From positions 45,712 to 109,711 of the forward strand of contig CAVVCR010000002.1 in assembly GCA_963746795.1 (NCBI GenBank): DNA of 64,000 nucleotides, given 5' to 3'. Under the pieces are notes generated by a model. It was not told the DNA's origin. It was given only the letters and a program-made list of their open reading frames with translations, and made no database searches. A program made the position numbers and the translations under genes. Positions within the stretch are counted from its first letter, which is position 1. Each line of letters begins with the position of its first letter. Below, piece by piece: positions 8,865-18,664 of the stretch. Source of the DNA: an uncultured Solirubrobacteraceae bacterium (lineage in GTDB: Bacteria > Actinomycetota > Thermoleophilia > Solirubrobacterales > Solirubrobacteraceae).

Positions 8865-10244
8865 CTAGAACACGCCGGCCAACAGCAACCCAACGGCCGC
8901 GAACAGCGCGGCCACCATCGCGAGCGCGATGATGCGGACCATCCACAGGCCGCCGCCGGACGACGGCGGCGCGATGCGGCTCGTGGTGAACGGCTGCGGG
9001 GTCACGCGGATGGTCGGGCGGGGCTCGGGCGGCTCGACGCGCCCGGCCAGCTCGCGCTCGAGCCGCTTCCGATCCGAGCGCGCGGCGACCAGCTCGGCCT
9101 CGACGCGCTCGCGGCCGTCGCGCGCCGCGGCGAGCTCGGCCGCGAGGTGCTCCCGGTCCGACCACGCACCGGCGAGCTCCGCCTCGAGCCGCTGCTGCTC
9201 GGCACGGACTGCCGCCAGCTCGACGCTCTCCCGCCTGGCCGGCTCCTCCGGCGGGGCCTCGGGCTCAGCCAGCACGTCGTGCTCCACGGTCGCGCCGAGA
9301 AGCCGCTCGCGCTCGGCGGCGGCGGCCTCGAGCTGCGCACGCATCTCGTCCCCCTCGGCCATGGCGACCGCGAGCCGCTCCCGCGCTTCGTCGCGCTGGC
9401 GCTCCATGACCTCGAGCCGCTGCCGCGCCTCCTCGCGCTCACGCTCCGCGACCTCGAACCGCTCCCGCCCCTGGTCGCGCTCGGCCTGAGCCGCCTCGAG
9501 CAGCTCGCTGGGCTTGTCGCCCTCAGTGATCGCCGCAGCGAGGGCCTGGCGTGCCTCGTCTCGCTCGGCCTCGAGCCGGGCGTAGCTCGCCCGCGCGGCG
9601 GTGAGCTGGCGGCGCGCGAGGTCGAGCGCCGCCTCGGTGTCGCGCGCTCGGTCGGTGGCGCGGTCGAGGGCCTCCTGGGCGCGCTCGCGCTGGCGGTACT
9701 CGTCGTTGACGAGCCGCTCGCCGTCGGCGCGTGCCCGCTCGGCGGCCTCGACGGCGCGGTCGCGCTCGGCGCGCAGGCGCTCGAGGTCGCCGGCGTCGGT
9801 GGTGGCGGTGTCGAGCGCGGCCTGCAGCGCGCGGCGCTCGCGCGTGGCGGCTGTGAGCTCCTCGCGGGTGCGCTCGAGCTCGGACGGGCGGCGCGGACGG
9901 GCCGGGGTGCTGGGCGGGGGCTTGCGGCCCGGCAGCGGGAGCTCGACGACGAGCTCGCGGCCGACCTCGAGCTCGGCGCGGTCGAAGTCCAGCGCGCCGC
10001 CGTCCCAGGCGAAGGCGGCGAACCACGGGTCGCCGTCGTCGGCGGCCCACGGCTTGTGGTCGAGCACGGCGACGAGCCGCCGCCGCGTCTCCCCCCGGTG
10101 GAGCCACAGCACGGGGCGCACGAAACGCCGGCCGCGAAGCCCGTGCCAGTGCCCGGCGACCTCGAGGCGGTCGCCGGCTGCGCCGAAGCGCTCGACCACG
10201 AAGCCCGGCTCGATCACCGTCGTATCCGCGAGCGTCGCGCCCAA
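8865..10244 (-). CDS. tail-anchored coiled-coil protein, paralog of 1334-2770
   Basis: 459-aa ORF. The N-terminal domain (GFVVERFGAAGDRLEVAGHWHGLRGRRFVRPVL...AELEVGRELVVELP) aligns by eye with GFELERFSFTAPGRLEVVGRWSGLEGKRLGRPVL...AELEVGRRLVAELP. A long E/R/A coiled coil follows, then a C-terminal TM (IIALAMVAALFAAVGLLLAGVF). Confidence 0.75.
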   Translation of the reverse strand: MGATLADTTVIEPGFVVERFGAAGDRLEVAGHWHGLRGRRFVRPVLWLHRGETRRRLVAVLDHKPWAADDGDPWFAAFAWDGGALDFDRAELEVGRELVVELPLPGRKPPPSTPARPRRPSELERTREELTAATRERRALQAALDTATTDAGDLERLRAERDRAVEAAERARADGERLVNDEYRQRERAQEALDRATDRARDTEAALDLARRQLTAARASYARLEAERDEARQALAAAITEGDKPSELLEAAQAERDQGRERFEVAEREREEARQRLEVMERQRDEARERLAVAMAEGDEMRAQLEAAAAERERLLGATVEHDVLAEPEAPPEEPARRESVELAAVRAEQQRLEAELAGAWSDREHLAAELAAARDGRERVEAELVAARSDRKRLERELAGRVEPPEPRPTIRVTPQPFTTSRIAPPSSGGGLWMVRIIALAMVAALFAAVGLLLAGVF

Positions 10245-10316
10245 AGTCCCTGCACACTACCGCCCTGGACGAAATACCGGGTTTGAGCACAACAACACTC
10301 GGTCACTACTGACAGC

Positions 10317-11939
10317 ATGTCCCCGCTCCTCAGCCTACGCGCGCCGGTGAGCGTCAACGCCCGGCTGCTCGCAGCGTGCGCGGTCACGGCGGCGCTGGCC
10401 GCGGTCGTGGCGCTGAGCGCCGGGAGTCACCCCGAGTCGTCGGTCGCCGTGCCGGTGACGCTCGCGGTCGGCGCGATCTGCGCCGCGCTGGTCGCCCATC
10501 TCCTGCACGCTTCCGCGCGCGCCGTCAGCGATCACCGGCTGCGCTGGATGGCCGCAGGCGTCACCGTGGCCCTGGCCGGACAGGTCGCCGGCGTGCTCGG
10601 GCAGCCGACGCTGTTCCCCGACGGCGGGCCGGTCGACCAGGGCGCCGACGCCGCCGCCGCCCGCTACGTGATCTGGCACGCGGCCCTGCTCGTGGCGAGC
10701 GCGCTCGCGGTCGCGGGCGTCCGCGCCCGCTCGCGGACGCTGGTGATCTTCACCGGGACCGCGATCGCGCTGCTGGCCTACGCCTCCCTCTCCCCCGCTC
10801 CCCTCGGCGACCTCGCCGATCCCGACGGCGGCCACGCGCCCGCCCTCCGCGCCGCGGTCGCCCTCCTCGCCGCCGGCCAGCTCGCGGTCGTCGCCGCGTG
10901 GTGGCGCCGCGCGGGAGGCGCTCCGACCTGGGGCGAGGTGTGCGTGATCGCGCTCACCGCGCTGTCGGGCCTCGACGCCGTCTCCTACCTGCTCGCCACG
11001 GAGCAGTACGCGGGCGCGTGGTGGGCCAGCCTCACGCTCCGCGCCGGCCAGTTCGCGGTGCCCGCGGTCGGCCTCGTGATCGGCTTCGTCGCGGTCGCCG
11101 ACCGGCTGCGCGAGCTGCAGGAGGAGCTCGGCCGCGGCCTCGAGGCCGAGCGTGAGCGCGCCCGGCGGGAGGAGGAGATCGCCGGGCTCGACCGCCGCCG
11201 CCGAGAGCAGGCGCGCGAGCGGATCGCCCGGCTGGCGGGCGGCGACGGGCTCGACGTCGCGCTGCAGCCGATCTTCGCGCTCGACAGCGGCGGCGTCGTG
11301 GGCGCCGAGGCGCTCGCGCGGTTCACCGACTCCCACGGCGAGCCCCTGCCGACCGAGGAGACGTTCGTCGACGCGCATGCGCTCGGACTCGGCCCCGAGC
11401 TCGAGCTGGCTGTCGTCGAGCTGGCCATCAGCCGCGAGGACCGGCTTCCGGACGGCCTCTACCTGGCGTGCAACGTCTCCCCTTCCGTCCTCACCCGAGC
11501 CGACCTGGCGGCCCTCCTCGCCACCAGCGAGCGCCCGCTCGTCGTCGAGCTGACCGAGCACCACGCCGTGGAGGACTACGCCGAGCTCGACGCGGCGCTC
11601 GGGCGCCTGCGCGCCTTCGGGGTGCGCGTGGCGGTGGACGACGTCGGCTCGGGCTTCGCCTCCTTCCGGCACGTGACGCGCGTCAGGCCCGAGATCCTCA
11701 AGCTCGACCGCACACTCGTATGCGGCATCGACGAGGACCCGGTGCGCCAGTCGCTCGCCTCGGCGATCGTCGGCTTCGCCGGCGACGTGGGCGCCACCGT
11801 GGTATCGGAGGGCATCGAGTCCGAGGGTGAGCTGACCTGTCTCGTCGACCTCGCCGTCGGCTGCGGGCAGGGCTTCTTCCTCGGACGGCCCGAGCTCGGC
11901 CGCTTCGAATCGCGCGCCGCCCAGCTCGCCGCACGCTGA
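10317..11939 (+). CDS. membrane-sensor EAL-domain c-di-GMP phosphodiesterase
   Basis: 540 aa. About 7-8 N-terminal TM helices are followed by a coiled linker and an EAL domain. The catalytic motifs are intact: GAEALAR, NVS, ELTE, DDVGSG, KLD, EGIES, GQGF. Confidence 0.85.
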   Translation: MSPLLSLRAPVSVNARLLAACAVTAALAAVVALSAGSHPESSVAVPVTLAVGAICAALVAHLLHASARAVSDHRLRWMAAGVTVALAGQVAGVLGQPTLFPDGGPVDQGADAAAARYVIWHAALLVASALAVAGVRARSRTLVIFTGTAIALLAYASLSPAPLGDLADPDGGHAPALRAAVALLAAGQLAVVAAWWRRAGGAPTWGEVCVIALTALSGLDAVSYLLATEQYAGAWWASLTLRAGQFAVPAVGLVIGFVAVADRLRELQEELGRGLEAERERARREEEIAGLDRRRREQARERIARLAGGDGLDVALQPIFALDSGGVVGAEALARFTDSHGEPLPTEETFVDAHALGLGPELELAVVELAISREDRLPDGLYLACNVSPSVLTRADLAALLATSERPLVVELTEHHAVEDYAELDAALGRLRAFGVRVAVDDVGSGFASFRHVTRVRPEILKLDRTLVCGIDEDPVRQSLASAIVGFAGDVGATVVSEGIESEGELTCLVDLAVGCGQGFFLGRPELGRFESRAAQLAAR

Positions 11940-11953
11940 GCGATACTTCCCCC

Positions 11954-12922
11954 GTGATCGTCGACTGCGCCGTGTACGAGGACGGCTCCCGCTGCGCCGG
12001 CGATCTCCCGCTCGCCGAGGCGGGTGAGGCCGCCCAGCGCGACGGCTCGTTCGTGTGGATCGGCGTCTTCGAGCCCTCCGAGCAGGAGTTCGACGCCGTC
12101 GCGCGCGAGTTCGACCTCCACGAGCTGGCGGTCGAGGACGCCGTCAACGCCCACCAGCGACCCAAGCTCGAGGTGTACGGCGACACGCTGTTCGTCGTCC
12201 TCAAGACCGTCCGCTACATCGAGGAGCGCCACGACGTCGAGACGGGCGAGATCATGCTCTTCGTCAACCGCGACTTCGTTGTCTCGGTTCGCCACGGAGA
12301 GAGCCGACTGCACGACGTGCGGCTGCAGATCGAGCAGCGGCCGGACCTCTTGCGCTGCGGCGCCGGCGCCGTGCTGTACGCGATCGTCGACCGCGTCGTG
12401 GACGACTACGAGCCGGTCGTCCAGGCGGTCGAGGCCGACATCCAGGACGTCGAGCACGAGGTCTTCGCGCCGACGCGCAGCAACCCGGCCGAGCGCATCT
12501 ACACGCTCGAGCGCGAGGTGCTCGACCTTCATCGCGCCGTCACGCCCCTCACGCCGGCCGTCGACAAGCTCGCGCGCGGCCACTACGAGCTGATCGACCC
12601 GGAGCTGCGCACCTACTTCCGCGACGTGCACGACCACATCCTGCGTGTCAACGGCCGGATCGACGGCTTCCGCGACCTGCTCTCGAGCGCCCTGCAGGCC
12701 AACCTCACGCAGGCGGCCGTGCGCCAGAACGACGACATGCGCAAGATCTCCGCCTGGGTCGCGATCCTGGCCGTCCCGACCGGCGTGGCGGCGATCTACG
12801 GCATGAACTTCAACCATATGCCTGAGCTCGAGTGGACCTACGGCTATCCGCTCGTGCTGACGGTCACCGCACTCGTCTGCGTGATGCTCTACTGGCGCTT
12901 CCGGCGATCGGGATGGCTCTGA
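11954..12922 (+). CDS. corA: magnesium/cobalt transporter CorA
   Basis: 322 aa with the YGMNF signature before two C-terminal TM helices. The N-terminal domain has CorA-like architecture. Confidence 0.9.
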   Translation: MIVDCAVYEDGSRCAGDLPLAEAGEAAQRDGSFVWIGVFEPSEQEFDAVAREFDLHELAVEDAVNAHQRPKLEVYGDTLFVVLKTVRYIEERHDVETGEIMLFVNRDFVVSVRHGESRLHDVRLQIEQRPDLLRCGAGAVLYAIVDRVVDDYEPVVQAVEADIQDVEHEVFAPTRSNPAERIYTLEREVLDLHRAVTPLTPAVDKLARGHYELIDPELRTYFRDVHDHILRVNGRIDGFRDLLSSALQANLTQAAVRQNDDMRKISAWVAILAVPTGVAAIYGMNFNHMPELEWTYGYPLVLTVTALVCVMLYWRFRRSGWL

Positions 12923-12939
12923 CCGGGTAGGCCCACCGC

Positions 12940-13143
12940 ATGACGAGCACCACAGAGCTGGGCCAGGCAGCCCTCGCGAGCTGGCGCGGCAAGGTCGCCG
13001 ACGCCGTCGCCACCCCCGCCTCCAAGCGCACACCGTGGTCGGAGGACCAGGTGCGCGCCGCCGTCGGCGTCGCGTTCTTCGCGCTGGCGACGTTCTATGT
13101 CGTCAGCACCGCGGTGCGGATGATCAAGACGGCGCGAGACTAG
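12940..13143 (+). CDS. small hypothetical membrane protein (67 aa)
   Basis: The ORF lies 17 nt after corA and has one C-terminal TM (AAVGVAFFALATFYVVSTAV). No family was recognised. Confidence 0.4.
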   Translation: MTSTTELGQAALASWRGKVADAVATPASKRTPWSEDQVRAAVGVAFFALATFYVVSTAVRMIKTARD

Positions 13144-13205
13144 GGGGTGCCCAACGGGACATCGCTCCACACGGAATGGCCCGTTGGGCGGGGCCCCCAC
13201 CCGAT

Positions 13206-14639
13206 CTAGGCCGCGGCGCGGACGGCGCCGCCGGCCCAGTCGAGCGCCTCGCCGTAGGCGCCGGCGAGCTCTCCGCCCGCCGCGGGGAACTCGCCCTGCT
13301 CGTACGCCATCACGGTGCTCAGGAGCTCGCCCTTGGGGCCCTCGCGGGTCAGCAGCGCGTCGCGGATCTCGTCCGAGAACGGCAGCGTCTCCAGCACGTC
13401 GTCCATCGGAGCGTCGAGCAGCGCGTCGGCGACCGAGAAGAGGCCCACGGTGAAGTGCGCATCGGCGGCGTCGCCGCCCAGCTTCTCGCACATGCGCGCA
13501 CGCTGGAGCGCGAGCTCGATCAGCTCCTCGGGCGCGCCCGAGGCCGAGGCGAGCGCCATCACGGTCGCCCACCGGCGCACGGTCGCTGTCCCGAGAAGGG
13601 TGAGCGCCTCGTGGACGGACTCGACGTTGCGGGGGAGCGCGAAGAAGGCGGAGTTGACGTAGCGCAGCAGCTTCAGCGACAGCCCGACGTCGGAGCTGAT
13701 GGCGGCCTCGAGCTGCTCGAAGGTGGCGTCGGGCGCCGCGACCTCGGCCAGCGTGCGCAGCGCGGCCACCCCGCCCGTGCCGACCCGGCGCTGCCGGGTG
13801 AGGTCGGGCTTCGCGTAGAAGTCGCCCTGGAAGACGGTGAAGCCCAGCGCCCGGGCGCGAGCGAGCTCGGCCGGGCTGGCGACGCCGGTGGCCACGAGCG
13901 CGAGCCCGGCGGCGAGCGGAGCCTCGACGGCCGCGCGCAGCTCCTCGTCGCTGCGGCCGGGGACCGGCACCCTGAGCATCGCGCAGACCGGCGCGATCGC
14001 CTCGTCGAACTCCTCCATGACCAGCGTGTAGCCGCTGAACTGCAGGCGCTGGAGCGCAGCCACCACGTCCGGGGAGGCGGGGCCGGTGGTCAGCTGCAGC
14101 ACGACCCGGTCCGGGCGCACCGGCGGCGTGCCGATCTCGAGCAGGAACTCGGGCGTCATCGTCAGCCACGCGGGATGGCGGCCGGAGAGGCGCTCGAGCC
14201 CGATGTCGCCGAACGCGTCAAGCAGCAGCCCGGCGGTCGCCTGTGACCCGGCGGCGTCCTCGCCGCCCTCGACGACCAGCTCGTAGCCGAGCACGGAGCC
14301 GTCGGCGTCCGTCAGCGGGAGCCGCACGACCGCGATGTCGCGCGGGTCAGGCGCCTCCGCGGCGAGCACGGCCTCGAACTCGGGCTCGGGCTCGGGCTCC
14401 GCGGCGAGCTCCTCGAAGTCGTGCAGGGCGTACTCGGCCGGGAAGCCGTCCCCGAGGCTCTTGCGCGTGGTCTTGGCCGTGAAGCTCCGCTCCCCCACCA
14501 CGACGGTCACGGTCACCGCGCCGGCGGCGCCGTCGAGGCCGGCGCCGGTGAGCACGAGCGTGTCGCTCGAAGGCGCCGGCGGCGGTGGTTGCGGCGGGGG
14601 CGGGGTCCGGCGGCCGAAGAGCGAGCTGAAGAAGGACAT
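13206..14639 (-). CDS. degenerate-EAL plus HDOD domain protein (YuxH/CdgJ-like) with a Pro-rich N-terminal extension
   Basis: 477 aa starting at MSFFSSLFGRR. The EAL-like domain has lost catalytic signatures: GYELV replaces EAL and MEEFD replaces DDFG. It retains QGDFYAKP. An HDOD region follows (LKLLRYVNSAFFALPRNVESVHEALTLLG). Confidence 0.75.
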   Translation of the reverse strand: MSFFSSLFGRRTPPPPQPPPPAPSSDTLVLTGAGLDGAAGAVTVTVVVGERSFTAKTTRKSLGDGFPAEYALHDFEELAAEPEPEPEFEAVLAAEAPDPRDIAVVRLPLTDADGSVLGYELVVEGGEDAAGSQATAGLLLDAFGDIGLERLSGRHPAWLTMTPEFLLEIGTPPVRPDRVVLQLTTGPASPDVVAALQRLQFSGYTLVMEEFDEAIAPVCAMLRVPVPGRSDEELRAAVEAPLAAGLALVATGVASPAELARARALGFTVFQGDFYAKPDLTRQRRVGTGGVAALRTLAEVAAPDATFEQLEAAISSDVGLSLKLLRYVNSAFFALPRNVESVHEALTLLGTATVRRWATVMALASASGAPEELIELALQRARMCEKLGGDAADAHFTVGLFSVADALLDAPMDDVLETLPFSDEIRDALLTREGPKGELLSTVMAYEQGEFPAAGGELAGAYGEALDWAGGAVRAAA

Positions 14640-14683
14640 CCTCCGACGAGGATCGGCCGGCGCGGGGCAAGCTTGAGGCGGCC

Positions 14684-15814
14684 TCAGACGTCGACCCACG
14701 CGCCGCCGCCGGCGGCCGAGGCGAGCACGGCGTCGGTGATGCGGGCGGTACGCAGGCCGTCGGCGAAGCGCGGCAGGCCGTCCGGCTCGCCGCCGGCGAT
14801 CGCCGCGTAGGTGTCGGCCACGAAGGCGTCGAAGCACTCGAGATACCCCTGGGGATGGCCCACCGGGACGATCGCGTGGCGGGCGGCCGCGGGGCTGAGC
14901 AGCGTCGCGTCACGCCACAGCTCCTCGGTGCGCTCGCGCCGTCCGACCCACAGGGTCTCCGGCCGCTCCTCCTCGAAGCGCACGCTGGCGTGCTCGCACG
15001 CCACCTCCACGTGCAGGTGGTTCTTGCGGCCCGGAGACACCTGGCTGACCACCATGGTGCCGACCACGCCGGAGGCCGTCCGGAACATCACGGCGGCGAG
15101 GTCCTCGGTGTTCACCGCGCGCCGCGGAGCGTCGTCGTCGCCAGCGGCGGAGAAGGCCGGTGCCGACCCGCGATCGGCCCGCTCGGGCACGACCGTGGCG
15201 GTCTGGGCGCAGAGGGCGGCGATCCGCTCGCCGCTGACGAACTCGGTCAGGTCGCACCAGTGCGAGCCGATGTCGGCGAACGCGCGCGAGGCGCCGCTCA
15301 GCTCGGGATCGACCCGCCACGAGTCGTCCTCCGGCCGCGAGAGCCAGTCCTGCAGGTAGCCGCCGTGGAGGAGGCGCACCCGGCCCAGCTCGCCGGCGGC
15401 GATCCGCGCGCGCGCCTCGAGCGCCATCGGGTTGTAGCGGTAGACGAACGGCACGGTGGCGACGCGGCCGGCCGCCTCGGCGGCGGCCGTGACGGACTCG
15501 GCCTCGGCCCCGTCGAGCGCGAGCGGCTTCTCGCACACGACGTGCTTGCCCGCCGCCAGCGCCGCGCGCGCGAGCGGCGCATGGAGGTGGTTCGGCGTGC
15601 AGAGGTGCACGACGTCGACGTCGTCCGCCGTCGCGAGCGCCTCGGCGTCGGCCTCGGCACGCTCGGCGCCGAGCCGCGCGGCGGCCTTCCGCGAGCTCTC
15701 CGGGCTCGAGGCGGCGACGCCGACGATGCGCGCCCCGGCCAGGCGCGCGGACCGGGCGTGGACCGCGCCGATGAAGCCGGCCCCCACGATCGCCGCGCCG
15801 AGCGTCTCCTCCAT
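14684..15814 (-). CDS. Gfo/Idh/MocA family oxidoreductase
   Basis: 376 aa starting at MEETLGAAIVGAGFIGAVHA (Rossmann fold), with the EKP motif in VVCEKPLA. Confidence 0.85.
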   Translation of the reverse strand: MEETLGAAIVGAGFIGAVHARSARLAGARIVGVAASSPESSRKAAARLGAERAEADAEALATADDVDVVHLCTPNHLHAPLARAALAAGKHVVCEKPLALDGAEAESVTAAAEAAGRVATVPFVYRYNPMALEARARIAAGELGRVRLLHGGYLQDWLSRPEDDSWRVDPELSGASRAFADIGSHWCDLTEFVSGERIAALCAQTATVVPERADRGSAPAFSAAGDDDAPRRAVNTEDLAAVMFRTASGVVGTMVVSQVSPGRKNHLHVEVACEHASVRFEEERPETLWVGRRERTEELWRDATLLSPAAARHAIVPVGHPQGYLECFDAFVADTYAAIAGGEPDGLPRFADGLRTARITDAVLASAAGGGAWVDV

Positions 15815-15844
15815 GGTGCGGCACCGTAACGCAGCGGTATAACC

Positions 15845-16192
15845 GTGCGCTTGATCCTCGTCGACGAGCTCCGGGAGTACCCGCACACCACGCTCCCTTA
15901 CAAGCACTGGAGCCACATGGTCAGCGACGAGAGCTTCGACGAGCTGCACGCGTTCGCCGCGCGGCTGGGCATCGCCCGGCATCGGTTCCAGGGCGACCAT
16001 TACGACCTTCCGGCGTTCGTCCACGCGCGGGCTGTGGCCGCGGGGGCCGTGGAAGTGGGGACGCGCGAGCTGACCGCGCGCATGGTGGGACCTCGCGGGG
16101 ACCGCGTGCGAGCGCGGCGGCGGCAAGGCCGGGCGTCAGCGCCCCATGCGACGAAGGCCCCCCACGGCCAGCGCGCCCAGGAACAGGGCTAG
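15845..16192 (+). CDS. DUF4031 family protein
   Basis: 115 aa with a GTG start. MRLILVDELREY...WSHMVSDESFDELHAFAARLGI...FQGDHYDLP matches my recollection of DUF4031. The 3' end overlaps the convergent ABC permease gene by 57 nt. Confidence 0.6.
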   Translation: MRLILVDELREYPHTTLPYKHWSHMVSDESFDELHAFAARLGIARHRFQGDHYDLPAFVHARAVAAGAVEVGTRELTARMVGPRGDRVRARRRQGRASAPHATKAPHGQRAQEQG

Positions 16193-16903
16193 ACCCATGA
16201 GAGCGGCGACCCCCGGCAACGTGTGCGCGAGGCTCGGCTCGATCCCCACGACCGTCGCCTGCCGGGCCATCTCGAGCACGTAGGTGACCGGGTTGTACTC
16301 GGCGACCGCGGCCAGCCATCCGCGCAGCAGCACCACCGGCGTGTAGGCGGTCGAGAGGAAGACGGCGAGGAAGACGCCCTGCTGCATCAGCGGCCCGGCC
16401 TGCTGCGTGCGGAACGTCACCGCCATGAAGATCCCCCACAGCGCGGCGATCGCGCAGAAGCTCGCGGCGGCGACGTAGAGGAGCACGAGCCCCACCACGC
16501 CCCCGGTCAGCTCTGCGCCGATCGCGAGCCCCACGAGCAGCACCACGGTGGCGGGCACGAGCGAGCGGGTGACGGCGCCGAGGATCGGGCCGATCACGAG
16601 CACCGGGCGCGGCACGGGCGCGACCAGCAGGCGGTCGAACCAGCCCTGCTCGATGTCGCGCGCGAGGTTCGACCCCGTGGCGGCTCCCGCGAAGCCGGCT
16701 CCCTGGAGGCACGACAGCGGGACGATCCACGACAGGTAGGAGTCGGTCGGGAAGCCGTCGAGCCCGGTCAGGCGGCCGAACTGCCCGCTCATCCCGAGCA
16801 TGAAGACCACCGGCGCCACGGTGGCGGGCAGCAGGGCGCCGCGCACGCGCAGCACCTCGTTGAGCGAGCGGCGCCAGAGCGTAAGTGCGACGGCGGCGCT
16901 CAT
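16136..16903 (-). CDS. ABC-2 type transporter permease
   Basis: 255 aa starting at MSAAVALTLWRR, with 6 TM. ATGA overlap with the upstream permease gene. Confidence 0.8.
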   Translation of the reverse strand: MSAAVALTLWRRSLNEVLRVRGALLPATVAPVVFMLGMSGQFGRLTGLDGFPTDSYLSWIVPLSCLQGAGFAGAATGSNLARDIEQGWFDRLLVAPVPRPVLVIGPILGAVTRSLVPATVVLLVGLAIGAELTGGVVGLVLLYVAAASFCAIAALWGIFMAVTFRTQQAGPLMQQGVFLAVFLSTAYTPVVLLRGWLAAVAEYNPVTYVLEMARQATVVGIEPSLAHTLPGVAALMGLALFLGALAVGGLRRMGR

Positions 16904-17682
16904 GTGCGGCGCAGCCGCTCCTTCAGCGCAAGGGTCGACAGGGCGGTGGTGGCGATCGCCGTCCCGAGCGCGGCCAGCAGTCCGAGCCACGGGTCGCCGA
17001 GCTCGGCATCGCCGGCCAGCAGGCCCCGCACCGCCTCGACCACGTAGGTCAGCGGGTTGAAGGCCGAGACGTCCCGCAGCACCGGCGTGAGCAGCTCCTG
17101 CGGGAAGAACGCCGGCGCGGTGAAGAGCAGCACGAACATGAACGGGAACAGGCTCTGGAGCAGCGACAGCGAGCCCGTCCGCAGCGCGATCGCCGCCGAC
17201 ACGCCGCCCATCCCCACCGCGGTCACGCCCGCCAGCCCCACCGTGGCCGCGACGCCGAGTACCCCGCCGGGGTACTCCGCGCCGAACGGCAGCGCCACGA
17301 CGAGGAAGAAGCTCGCCTGGAGCAGCGCGAGGACGAGCGTCCCCCACAGCCGGCCGAGCACGAGGCTCGTACGCCGCACCGGCGCCGCCAGCAGCCGGTC
17401 GAAGAACCCGAACTCGATGTCCGAGGCCATCGCGATGCCTGTGGTCAGCCCGGCGAGGATCGTGCCCTGCACGATCGTCCCGGGCACCACGAACGTGAGG
17501 TACGAGGCGACGTCGGGAAAGCCGCGCAGCCCCTGTGCGGCGCTGGTCCCGCTGGCGATCACCGCGAGCAGCATCAGCGGGAGCACGAACGTCGGCATCA
17601 GGAGCTGGGCGCGGCGGAACTGCACGCTCGTCGCGCGGCGGCCGAGCGCGGCCACGACCCGCCACTCCTGCGCCACGGTCAT
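16900..17682 (-). CDS. ABC-2 type transporter permease
   Basis: 260 aa starting at MTVAQEWRVVAALG, with 6 TM. ATGA overlap with the ATPase stop. Confidence 0.8.
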   Translation of the reverse strand: MTVAQEWRVVAALGRRATSVQFRRAQLLMPTFVLPLMLLAVIASGTSAAQGLRGFPDVASYLTFVVPGTIVQGTILAGLTTGIAMASDIEFGFFDRLLAAPVRRTSLVLGRLWGTLVLALLQASFFLVVALPFGAEYPGGVLGVAATVGLAGVTAVGMGGVSAAIALRTGSLSLLQSLFPFMFVLLFTAPAFFPQELLTPVLRDVSAFNPLTYVVEAVRGLLAGDAELGDPWLGLLAALGTAIATTALSTLALKERLRRT

Positions 17683-18635
17683 GCGGGCGCCTCGACGGCC
17701 GCGCCCTCGAGGTGCGAGCCGGTCACGGCCATGAACACGTCGTCGAGCGTCGGGGTCTCGACCTCGACGCTCTCGACCGCGACCTCGCTCTCGTCCAGCG
17801 CGAGGATGATCGGCGCGATCGCCGCCTTGCCCGCCGGCGCGCGCACGGCCACGCGGGCGGGGGCGGCCGGGTTGGCCGGCTCCACCTCGCCGAGGTCGGC
17901 CAGCGCCTCGCGAGCCCGCGCCGCGCTCCCCGGGTCGGCCACCTCGACGTGCACGGTCGGCTGCCCCACGCGCGCCTTCAGCGACTCTGGGGTTCCCTCG
18001 GCCACGAGCGAGCCGCGCGCGATGATCCCCACGCGGCCGGCCAGCTGCTCGGCCTCCTCCAGGTACTGCGTGGTGAGGAACACGGTCGTCCCCTCGGCGT
18101 GCAGCGCGCGCACCTCGCGCCACAGCGCCACGCGGCTCGTCGGGTCCAGGCCCGTGGTCGGCTCGTCGAGGAACAGCACCTGCGGGCGATGCACGAGCGC
18201 CAGCGCGAGGTCGAGCCGCCGGCGCATGCCTCCCGAATAGCCGCCGACCCGCCGGTCGCCCGCCTCGGTCAGCCCGACGCGGTCCAGCAGCGTCACCGCC
18301 CGCTCCCGCGCCTCGCCTGTCCGCAGCCCGTGCAGCGCGCCCTGCATGCGCAGCAGCTCGCGGCCGGTCATCAGCGGATCGATGGCGGCCTCCTGGAGCG
18401 CGACGCCGATCGCCCGGCGGACCGCGTCCCCGTCCTGCACGACGTCGTGCCCGGCCACCGACGCGCTCCCCGCGGTCGGCCGCAGGAGCGTCGTGAGGAC
18501 CCGGACCACGGTCGTCTTGCCCGCGCCGTTGGGGCCGAGGAAGCCGTAGATCTCGCCCTCGGCGACCTCGAGGTCGAGCCCGTCGACGGCCCGGATGCCG
18601 CCTTTGAACTCGCGCACGAGGCCGCGGACCTGCAC
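17679..18635 (-). CDS. ABC transporter ATP-binding protein (DrrA/daunorubicin-type)
   Basis: Walker A is GPNGAGKTT, the signature motif is YSGGMRRR, and Walker B is LFLDEPTTGLD. The start was set at the GTG of VQVRGLVREF. The upstream part of the 406-aa track ORF overlaps a better small ORF. The start is uncertain by a few codons. Confidence 0.85.
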   Translation of the reverse strand: MQVRGLVREFKGGIRAVDGLDLEVAEGEIYGFLGPNGAGKTTVVRVLTTLLRPTAGSASVAGHDVVQDGDAVRRAIGVALQEAAIDPLMTGRELLRMQGALHGLRTGEARERAVTLLDRVGLTEAGDRRVGGYSGGMRRRLDLALALVHRPQVLFLDEPTTGLDPTSRVALWREVRALHAEGTTVFLTTQYLEEAEQLAGRVGIIARGSLVAEGTPESLKARVGQPTVHVEVADPGSAARAREALADLGEVEPANPAAPARVAVRAPAGKAAIAPIILALDESEVAVESVEVETPTLDDVFMAVTGSHLEGAAVEAPA

Positions 18636-18664
18636 CGCGGGGGTGCCGCTGACGGACGCGCCGG

